Shown here: positions 51,412 to 58,955 of the stretch, piece after piece
Numbering within the stretch: the stretch's first letter is position 1
How the letters are laid out: each line of letters starts with the position of its first letter
Source: Candidatus Buchananbacteria bacterium
GTDB taxonomy: Bacteria > Patescibacteriota > Patescibacteriia > Buchananbacterales > UBA6539
Direction of reading: 5' to 3'
Assembly (NCBI GenBank): GCA_013359225.1
Contig: JABWCG010000002.1
Coordinates: 49,470-113,469, forward strand
Length of the DNA: 64,000 nt
Program-made: the position numbers and the translations under genes
Notes under the pieces: generated by a model
What the model saw: only the letters and a program-made list of their open reading frames with translations
What the model was told of the DNA's origin: nothing
Databases searched by the model: none

Positions 51412-53301
51412 ATGACAGAATCAAAGAAAATTTCAGAAGAATTACTTAAAGTCCTAAATGACCAGTCGCGCGCAATCGTTGGTATCACCGGATCACCGAG
51501 TAATACCTTGGATATAGAAATAGACATAACTGAAACAAGTAAATCAGACCGTGTTTTGGGGCAGATGGTTTATGTTGTTGTTGAGGAAGACAATAGGAAA
51601 GTCTTGGTAATTGGACAAATTATTAAGATTGAAACAAAAAACAGATGGCATGAAGACATGGCCTTTAAGGGAGTTATAAAAAGACATGGGAAGTTGCCTC
51701 ATCTGAGTGGAGCTGCCGACAATAGACTGGCTAAAATCAGCGTCCAGGCATGTTATGATTTAGGCGGTTCAGAGCCAAGAACGCACATCCTTGGAACCTC
51801 TCCTTCAACTGGTGAAAAAGTGCAGAAGATGGATAATGAAGTTATGAAAAAATTGATGGAAAACCATGGCGAATCAGTCACTTATATTGGTAAAGTCTAC
51901 GGTACAGATGTTAACCTGCCATTCTGGTTTAAACATTTTGACAAAACTCTTAGCGGAGAGTTAGGAGCAAAGGACGCTTATCATATTGGAATTTTTGGAA
52001 AGACCGGGTCAGGCAAAACTGTCACCGCTGCAATGGCTTTATTGGGGTATGCTAAGAATAAAAATAACATGAATATACTGGTTTTGGACCCACAGGGACA
52101 GTTTTATGTTGACAACGAACTATTACCTAACGACAAAAAACTTGAACAAGCCGTCGGTGATATTGGGATGAAATACAAAAAGTTTAAAATTTTGGAAGAT
52201 TTATATTTACCAGGCAATGCCTTTGACTTATTTGGTAATCTTTTATTAAAGAGTGGTTTTGTGAGTAAGTCATTCAATATCCTTAGTGACAGGGAGGTGA
52301 ATGCAGCTGACGCAATCTCAGAATATTTAGAATCGTATAATAAAAAAAGTAAGGGTAAGTCGGCAAACTTAACAAAATTATCAGACGAGGGTTATAGCCT
52401 TGATTTAATGAAAAAAACACTTCAGAAATTTACTGAGGTTACAGAAGATGCAAGTGGTAAAAAAAGTTATAGCCGGTATTTGGATATGATATACTCCGAT
52501 GGTCGAAGAAAAGATCAAGTTATTGGAAAATTAAATTCCGTCTTAAGTAATGAAACTTATATTAAAAATTTATTTGACAGACGCTGGAGCCCTGTAGCTA
52601 AGTTATTTGCACAGGTTAAAAATGATGGGACTAATAAGATTACTGTAAATGAGATAATAGATTTAGTTTCATCTGAAACCGACAAAGGAAATTTTGTAGT
52701 CCTTGATATGAGCGAGAGGGGTGGTTCAGAAATCAGTGAGAACTTACAAGCATTGTTTGTGAAGATGGTTCAAGAGGGTCTAATGGAAAAGGGGGAAGAC
52801 TTCTACACCAAAGATAAAAAAGTGAATTGTCTTGTAGTTATGGATGAAGCTCATCGTTTCATTTCTCATGCGTCATCGGACCTCCAGATAGTCGAATTAA
52901 CCAAAGATATTATTGATGCTGTTAGAACCACCCGCAAGTTTGGCATTGGCTATATGTTTATAACGCAGACCATAGAGTCTCTTGATGAGGAAATCTTGAG
53001 ACAAATGCGAATCTTTGGTTTTGGCTATGGACTTACATCTGGATCAGAACTTAGAACGGTTGGCGAAATTATTAACAACCCATCAGCCATTCAGCTATAT
53101 CGCTCTTTTATTGACCCCAGTAGTAACGGTAAGTTCCCATTTATGTTTTTTGGCCCAATTTCGCCACTTTCATTTACTGGGTCGCCATTGTTTTTAGAAG
53201 TTTTTACTGACTATGGTATGTTTGAGACCGTAAATGGTGTCACATCTAATACAGACGCTGGAGGTAAGCCCGAGGAATCAAAAAATGTTGAAAGTAGTTG
53301 A
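51412..53301 (+). CDS. HerA-family ATPase/translocase
   Basis: N-terminal HAS-barrel-like region, Walker A GKTGSGKT, Walker B VVMDEAHRF, RKFGIGYMFITQ. Confidence 0.88.
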   Translation: MTESKKISEELLKVLNDQSRAIVGITGSPSNTLDIEIDITETSKSDRVLGQMVYVVVEEDNRKVLVIGQIIKIETKNRWHEDMAFKGVIKRHGKLPHLSGAADNRLAKISVQACYDLGGSEPRTHILGTSPSTGEKVQKMDNEVMKKLMENHGESVTYIGKVYGTDVNLPFWFKHFDKTLSGELGAKDAYHIGIFGKTGSGKTVTAAMALLGYAKNKNNMNILVLDPQGQFYVDNELLPNDKKLEQAVGDIGMKYKKFKILEDLYLPGNAFDLFGNLLLKSGFVSKSFNILSDREVNAADAISEYLESYNKKSKGKSANLTKLSDEGYSLDLMKKTLQKFTEVTEDASGKKSYSRYLDMIYSDGRRKDQVIGKLNSVLSNETYIKNLFDRRWSPVAKLFAQVKNDGTNKITVNEIIDLVSSETDKGNFVVLDMSERGGSEISENLQALFVKMVQEGLMEKGEDFYTKDKKVNCLVVMDEAHRFISHASSDLQIVELTKDIIDAVRTTRKFGIGYMFITQTIESLDEEILRQMRIFGFGYGLTSGSELRTVGEIINNPSAIQLYRSFIDPSSNGKFPFMFFGPISPLSFTGSPLFLEVFTDYGMFETVNGVTSNTDAGGKPEESKNVESS

Positions 53302-53325
53302 CAGAGATAAGGCAGTTGATATAAT
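53298..53325 (+). promoter_or_regulatory. Sigma70 promoter overlapping the herA stop codon
   Basis: TTGACA(53298)-16 bp-TATAAT(53320) with extended TG. Confidence 0.75.
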
Positions 53326-53331
53326 TAAGTT

Positions 53332-53705
53332 ATTACAATTCAAAACGCAGGTAGGAAGTATGTTACTGGGTCATTTTGACCCGGTGGGACGGACACAAAA
53401 AATCCGCACTACTCAGGACTAAAAACTTGAGCACAGCTTCTATACGCAGACGGTTGTTTACTGGGCGTACTGACCATTTGTAACATTTAGGTCAGCCTAT
53501 CGGCGGGTCTTGTGTCTTGAAAAAGCAAGATTGAGCTTAGGAGCCTCCAAATTTTTTCACGAATTAACTATTCGTCCAAAAATTTGGGGGCTTTTTGTAT
53601 TTCACCAGCTACATTCCGTCCCGAGTTGGACAGGTGCACGTAGCTGGGTACCTGTTCAGCCCGGGGCGGATTTTGCTTAATAGAGCAAATCAGCAGGCTG
53701 AAGGG
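53332..53705 (+). ncRNA. Putative structured RNA or long leader upstream of the recombinase operon
   Basis: Hairpins 53365-53385, 53390-53406, 53412-53431; terminator-like stem 53542-53596; 23-bp G-U-rich stem 53615-53670. Confidence 0.5.
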
Positions 53706-53742
53706 ATAATTTAATCAGGCTTAGGAAGGTGCTATAACCAAG

Positions 53743-53910
53743 ATGAATATTAGAGAGGAAAATCTACAACGCTTCATCGACCTCTACGAGAGGAAATATG
53801 CTGTCCGCTTAGGCAGGCAGGAGGCTTATAATATGTTTTTAAAGCTGATAAATCTGGTAAAAATAGCCAATTTTGATGCTCACAGCCAGCAATTTACTGA
53901 CCACACTTAA
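53743..53910 (+). CDS. 55-aa helical protein upstream of the recombinase (absent from the ORF track)
   Basis: Manual translation MNIREENLQRFIDLYERKYAVRLGRQEAYNMFLKLINLVKIANFDAHSQQFTDHT. Confidence 0.65.
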   Translation: MNIREENLQRFIDLYERKYAVRLGRQEAYNMFLKLINLVKIANFDAHSQQFTDHT

Positions 53911-53939
53911 TGTAGTATCGTTGTGGTTGGGAGAAAAAT

Positions 53940-55601
53940 ATGCAAAATCAAGAGGAAAAATTAATCTATGTCTCCTACAGGAGAAAATCAAGCGAGTCTG
54001 AAGATCGGCAGACTTTAAGCCTGGATTCCCAAAAAAAGGAGCTTAGTGCTTTTGCCGACAAATATGGGCTAAGGGTTAAATTTGATTTTGCAGAATCTCA
54101 GTCAGCCTATAGTCGTGGCCGCCCGAAATTTTTAGAAATGGTTGAGTTAATTGAATCAGGTCAGGCTAATGCCATATTGGTTTATCATATTTCCAGATTG
54201 GCGAGGAATATGACAGACGGTGGTTTGATTATTGATATGCTAAAGGACGGAGTTATTAAAGAAATAAGAACACCGCACGAACAATATACAAAAGATTCCG
54301 GCCAGGAATTTATATTAGCCCTTAATTTTGCCATGTCAAAGAAGAGCTCTGACGATACCTCAGAGTTTGTTAAAAGAGACATTGAAGCAAAATTACGAAA
54401 GGGAGAATGGCCCGGCATGGCGCCGACAGGCTATTTGAATCTTGATAGTAATGGAAAAATAGCTGGCAAAAATTATAGTTTAGAAAAACAAATTGCATTG
54501 AGCAAAATTAAAAGACCATTGAGACGGATAGAGCATGATCCATTTTTAGCACAACTAATTTCGAAATTATTTGAGAAATCAGCGACCAACCAATACATAC
54601 TGGATGAACTGGCTGAAATGGCTATGGAGTGGGGTATTATTGGCAACAGAAGCGGCAAAAAGCTCAGCGAATCATCAGTTTATCGTATTTTAACCAACCC
54701 TTTCTATTACGGGGCTATTCGTTGGAAAGAGACTATTATTGAACCAGAGGATTTGCCAGCACAAAGCCGCCATGAAGCAATTATCAGTCGGGAGTTATTT
54801 AACAGAGTTCAGGAAGTCCTGGGTTTAAGGACAAAATACGTCAGTCCCAAACGATGTTATAAATATTCTAATATTATGACTTGTGGTATCTGCGGCGGCC
54901 ACATGTCAGGGATTACCGCCAAGGATATTACCTACTATCGTTGTTGTAAGTGCAGAGGCGTCGCTTATGTGAAAGAGGGTGAGCTTGAAAAACAGATAGT
55001 GGCTTTTTTAGAAACTATGACCATAGACGAAGATTTTTATAAGCTGGCAATCGAGGAAATAAATCATGCTAATGAGAACGAAATCAAAACCAGAGATGCA
55101 ATCAAGGACCAGCAGGATCGGGAGCTAAAACATTGTCAGATCAGATTTGATAATTTACTAAGGCTTAAAATTTCACCTGAAAATAAAAACGGAGAACTTT
55201 TAAGTGAGGCTGATTTTGTCAGACAGAAAAAGATCATTGACGAAGAGATGTCATCTATCAAGGAAAGGATTGGTGACACAGACAGGCAAAGTCAGAATTG
55301 GTTTGATTTGTGTGTAGAATACTTTGATTTTACAACCAGGCTGGTTAATAAGTTTAGAGAAGCCGGTCCGGAGAAACGTCGGGAGATATTTGAATTTTGT
55401 TACTATAACCCGCAAATAAACGCGCAAATACTAACGAATAGCGCGAATAACCCGCATAAGTTTATCATTCAGGCAAATTCCATAAACAGCGCCACTATAA
55501 CCGCAAATAATGACTTAAGTAAAACAAAAACAGCAGCCAATATGGCTTCTGTTTCCGAATGGCGGGAGCGAAGGGGCTCGAACCCTCGACCTTCTGCGTG
55601 A
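53940..55601 (+). CDS. Large serine recombinase (integrase)
   Basis: YRRKSS..RQ..SLDSQ catalytic Ser, SRLARN, recombinase domain (ILTNPFYYG), zinc ribbon CGICGG..YYRCCKC, coiled coil. Confidence 0.93.
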   Translation: MQNQEEKLIYVSYRRKSSESEDRQTLSLDSQKKELSAFADKYGLRVKFDFAESQSAYSRGRPKFLEMVELIESGQANAILVYHISRLARNMTDGGLIIDMLKDGVIKEIRTPHEQYTKDSGQEFILALNFAMSKKSSDDTSEFVKRDIEAKLRKGEWPGMAPTGYLNLDSNGKIAGKNYSLEKQIALSKIKRPLRRIEHDPFLAQLISKLFEKSATNQYILDELAEMAMEWGIIGNRSGKKLSESSVYRILTNPFYYGAIRWKETIIEPEDLPAQSRHEAIISRELFNRVQEVLGLRTKYVSPKRCYKYSNIMTCGICGGHMSGITAKDITYYRCCKCRGVAYVKEGELEKQIVAFLETMTIDEDFYKLAIEEINHANENEIKTRDAIKDQQDRELKHCQIRFDNLLRLKISPENKNGELLSEADFVRQKKIIDEEMSSIKERIGDTDRQSQNWFDLCVEYFDFTTRLVNKFREAGPEKRREIFEFCYYNPQINAQILTNSANNPHKFIIQANSINSATITANNDLSKTKTAANMASVSEWRERRGSNPRPSA

Positions 55602-55636
55602 CAGGCAGACGCTCTAACCAACTGAGCTACGCCCCC
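55560..55636 (-). tRNA. tRNA-Asp (GTC)
   Basis: GGGGGCGTAGCTCAGTTGGTTAGAGCG-TCTGC-CT-GTC-AC-GCAGA...GGTTCGAGCCC...CGCTCCCGCCA; full cloverleaf with encoded CCA. Confidence 0.97.
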
Positions 55637-55667
55637 GTGAATGGGTCCGCATAGGACCCATTATACA

Positions 55668-56015
55668 TTATTTTTTGATTTGTTCAACAATTTTGGCAAA
55701 AGCCTTTGGTTGCTTTTCGGCCAGCTGTGACAACGCCTTGCGGTCAGCTTCGATCTTGTTGTCTTTCAACAGTTTGATGAATTTAGAATAGGTCAAACCG
55801 TTGGCGCGACAAGCGGCGTTGATGCGGATCGTCCAGGTTGAGCGATTATCTCGCTTTTTCTTGCGGCGGTCGCGCAGCGCGTGGGTGCCGGCTTTATTCA
55901 CGGCCGTTTTGGCGGCGCGAATAGTATTGCGGCGGCTCCAGCGATAACCCTTTGTCTTTTTCAACAGTCGTTTTCGTCTGGCAGCGTGGCTTGTGCCTCT
56001 TTTAACTCTCGGCAT
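55668..56015 (-). CDS. rplT: 50S ribosomal protein L20
   Basis: MPRVKRG, RDRRKKKRDNRSTWTIRINAA. Confidence 0.97.
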   Translation of the reverse strand: MPRVKRGTSHAARRKRLLKKTKGYRWSRRNTIRAAKTAVNKAGTHALRDRRKKKRDNRSTWTIRINAACRANGLTYSKFIKLLKDNKIEADRKALSQLAEKQPKAFAKIVEQIKK

Positions 56016-56032
56016 ACGTGTAACTTAATTTG

Positions 56033-56233
56033 TTATGAGTAGGGAATTAACCGTTTGATGTTTTTGACATCAGACTTCGACAGGTCTTGTGAACGACGCT
56101 TGCGTCGTGAAACTTTACCGGTTTCTCGAGCATTAAAATGATCTTGCCCGGCATGCTTGGTCAAAAACTTCTTTTTTTTGCCTTTAGTTACTTTAACTTT
56201 TTTGGCAGTTGATTTGTGGGTTTTTAATTTCAT
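56033..56233 (-). CDS. rpmI: 50S ribosomal protein L35
   Basis: MKLKTHKSTAKK; position between infC and rplT. Confidence 0.93.
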   Translation of the reverse strand: MKLKTHKSTAKKVKVTKGKKKKFLTKHAGQDHFNARETGKVSRRKRRSQDLSKSDVKNIKRLIPYS

Positions 56234-56284
56234 AATGTGGTGTGAAAATTAAAAAACAGCTTTTTGCTGCTGAGTGCAGATTAA

Positions 56285-56836
56285 TTATTTTTTAGCGATG
56301 ACGACTTGCAGCTTGCTGCCCAGACGATTTAACGGCTGTTCAATGACAACAGGAACTGCTTCACCGACTTTTTGGATAAACTTATCAATTATCTCTTTAG
56401 CCAAATCTTGATGCTGTCGCTCTCGTCCCTTAAGCAAGATTTCAAGCTTAACTTTATCTTCATTGGTCAAAAATTTTTGGGCTTGTTTGATTCGCACATC
56501 CGTGTCGTGCTCGGAAATCCGTAACGATAGGCGAATACCTTTGGTTTCAACCTTTTTCTGTTTGGCTTTTTCTTTGCGGCGTTCTTTTTCTTCCTGGTAT
56601 TTTAGTTTACTATAATTCAATATTTTTGCAACCGGTGGGTTGGCCAGCGGGGATACTTCAACCAAATCAAGTCCGAGGTCTCGCGCCATTTCCAGTGCCT
56701 TGGCGGTGGTGACGATTCCAATGTTTTCGCCATTCTCGTCAATCAGCCGAACCTGTTCGGAACGAATATATTGATTGGTCCGATGACGCTTGTTCTGGAC
56801 CTGATTATATCTAGGTTTTTTTCGGGAAATTCTCAA
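56285..56836 (-). CDS. infC: Translation initiation factor IF-3 (non-ATG start)
   Basis: NQYIRSEQVRLID, LDLVEVSP..PPVAKI, KGRE; TTG start with an in-frame ATT two codons later. Confidence 0.96.
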   Translation of the reverse strand: MRISRKKPRYNQVQNKRHRTNQYIRSEQVRLIDENGENIGIVTTAKALEMARDLGLDLVEVSPLANPPVAKILNYSKLKYQEEKERRKEKAKQKKVETKGIRLSLRISEHDTDVRIKQAQKFLTNEDKVKLEILLKGRERQHQDLAKEIIDKFIQKVGEAVPVVIEQPLNRLGSKLQVVIAKK

Positions 56837-56858
56837 TTCTGTTTAGTTTAATAATAAA

Positions 56859-57251
56859 TGGTGGAGATGAGGGGAATCGCACCCCTGTCTAGAAAGAAGA
56901 GATAAAGTAGGTTTACAAGTCTATTCAGCTTTTAATCTTGATCGAAGCGTCTAAAACTGACGAAACCGCGTTCGATCCAGCCTGGGTTGTTTTAACTGAT
57001 TAGTTAGGCAGCTAAGCAGTCTAGCCTAATGTATAGCACCAGGGTCCGGCTATTAGGCGTGGTCCGGTCTGATGGCTTTGGGTTTTAGGCCAAAGCTGGA
57101 GCTAAAGCCAAGGAGCTGAAAGCGCCTCGAACTTTAGCGACAAGTGATTTGGCACTTATCTTTGATGGCAGGTTGATATTTACGAGCTAAACCGTACCAA
57201 CGCTCGACTTGAGTACTTTAAACCAAAATTCTATCGATTTTAGTCATCCCC
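56859..57251 (-). ncRNA. ssrA: tmRNA
   Basis: 5' GGGGATG pairs with 3' CATCTCC-ACCA including G3-U; T-arm GGGGTGCGATTCCCC; tag ORF AKSLVAKVRGAFSSLALAPALA-stop; adjacent to smpB. Confidence 0.93.
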
Positions 57252-57701
57252 CTAACGCCTGATTTTATTGCGGAGTTGGCGTTCAAGGTCGCGTTTTTTG
57301 ATATCTTCGCGCTTGTCTCGCTGCTTTTTCCCCTTTACAAGACCAATTTCAATCTTGATCAGACTTCCTTTAGTATATACAGAAATAGGCATAATTGTCA
57401 AGCCTTGTTCTTTACTTTTGCCGCGTAAATAATCAACCTCTTTTTTAGTCAAAAGGAGTTTGCGGCTTTGCGTCGGATCATAGCCAATTTGAGTCCGGCT
57501 GGCGAACTTGTAAGGGGAGATATGAGCATTTAACAGCCATACTTCGTTTTTGTGGTCAACCGTCACGTGGCTACCCTTTAAGTTAATTTGCCCGCCCTTA
57601 ACTGATTTTACTTCCGGCCCGGATAATACAATACCGGCCTCGAATTTTTCCAGGACCTGATACTCGTGCAATCCTTTTTTATTGACAGTAATGCTGGGCA
57701 T
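57252..57701 (-). CDS. smpB: SsrA-binding protein
   Basis: NKKGLHEY, EAGIVLSGPEVKS, RKLLL, KGKKQRDKRE. Confidence 0.97.
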   Translation of the reverse strand: MPSITVNKKGLHEYQVLEKFEAGIVLSGPEVKSVKGGQINLKGSHVTVDHKNEVWLLNAHISPYKFASRTQIGYDPTQSRKLLLTKKEVDYLRGKSKEQGLTIMPISVYTKGSLIKIEIGLVKGKKQRDKREDIKKRDLERQLRNKIRR

Positions 57702-57786
57702 ATATATTAGCAGTATACCATGAAATGTAAATTGACACTCAGAGGTGAAATTTAGTATAATTTAAAAAATAAAGCAAGTAAAAACC

Positions 57787-58869
57787 ATGGAAAATAAAAA
57801 TTTAACAATCAATATTTCCACCGGAACAATTTTAAAAATCTTAGGAATTTTGTTGGTGTTTTTGTTTATCTATTTTATCCGGGACATTATTTTGCTTTTG
57901 TTTATCTCGGTTATTTTTGCGGCGCTGATTGAGCCACTGGTTAATTGGCTGGAACAAAAAAAAGTTCCGCGCGGACTTGGGGTTGGCTTGATTTATGTCA
58001 CGCTGTTATTATTTTTGTTTTTGACGGTGCGAATGTTGATCCCGCCGATTGTTGAACAAATCGGCCTGCTGACTCAGAATTTTCCCAGCCTGTGGTCGCG
58101 TTTAATGGAAAATTTTGAAAGTGTCCGGCAGTATTCACAGGACCAGGGTTTAACGGAAAATATTTTAAGCGGCTTGCAGGGACTGCAGACCACCTTGCGC
58201 CAGGCTGCGGGCAGCGCGTATGGTTTTATCGTGACGGTTTTTGAAAATATTGTTAACTTCGTGATGATTTTAGTCATCACCTTTTATTTAGTTGTGGAAA
58301 AAGATTCGGTCGCTAGGTTGTTTCGGGCCGTGGCGCCGGCAAAATACCATCAACACTTCAGCAGTTTATTTATTGCAATCCAGAAAAAGACAGGGGACTG
58401 GGCGCGCGGCCAGTTGATTCTTGGATTATTGATTGGCATTTTATCGTTTATCGGTTTGATCTTTTTGTTGCCCAAATACGCGTTGGTGCTGGCATTGGTG
58501 GCGGGCTTAACGGAGCTGGTTCCGTATATCGGGCCGATTATTGGCGCGGTGCCGGCAGTCTTTTTGGGTTTTACCGTGCCGCCGTTTTCTTTTGGCCGCG
58601 GTATGGCGGTTTTGATTTTGTATGTGGTAATTCAGCAGGTGGAGAATAATTTGTTGGTGCCGCAGGTGATGAAAAAATCAGTCGGCTTAAACCCGGTGGT
58701 GATTATTATTGTGATGTTGATTGGTGCGCGCCTGGCCGGCATTGTCGGATTGATTTTGGCAATTCCGGTGGCAACCGCGATTGGTATTATTGTGAAAGAT
58801 TTTGTTCAAAAATCGGAGTTGTCGGAAATCAAAGCCGGACTTGATCATGACGGTGGTATTTCCAACTAA
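57787..58869 (+). CDS. AI-2E family transporter
   Basis: PLVNWLE, WARGQL, VPYIGP, QQVENNLLVPQVM...GLNP. Confidence 0.9.
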   Translation: MENKNLTINISTGTILKILGILLVFLFIYFIRDIILLLFISVIFAALIEPLVNWLEQKKVPRGLGVGLIYVTLLLFLFLTVRMLIPPIVEQIGLLTQNFPSLWSRLMENFESVRQYSQDQGLTENILSGLQGLQTTLRQAAGSAYGFIVTVFENIVNFVMILVITFYLVVEKDSVARLFRAVAPAKYHQHFSSLFIAIQKKTGDWARGQLILGLLIGILSFIGLIFLLPKYALVLALVAGLTELVPYIGPIIGAVPAVFLGFTVPPFSFGRGMAVLILYVVIQQVENNLLVPQVMKKSVGLNPVVIIIVMLIGARLAGIVGLILAIPVATAIGIIVKDFVQKSELSEIKAGLDHDGGISN

Positions 58870-58955
58870 TAGATAACGTTGTATACTATAGACGTATTAA
58901 TTTATTAACGTAGGGAAGAAAATTTTTTTTCCAACATCCTTTGAAGGAGGTAAAC

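Larger units (their letters stand above)
47384..55567. mobile_element. Integrative element at the 3' end of tRNA-Asp, mobilised by a large serine recombinase
   Basis: Direct repeat AATGGCGGGA at 47384-47393 and 55558-55567 (the latter overlaps the tRNA 3' end); recombinase at the right end; defence-like cargo. Confidence 0.82.

Noticed and set aside
49019-53301. Canonical Druantia system or archaeal-type repair operon
   Set aside because: No DruE-size helicase, no druB-D and no mre11/rad50 in the island.
47384-55567. Prophage
   Set aside because: No capsid, portal, large terminase, tail or replication genes.
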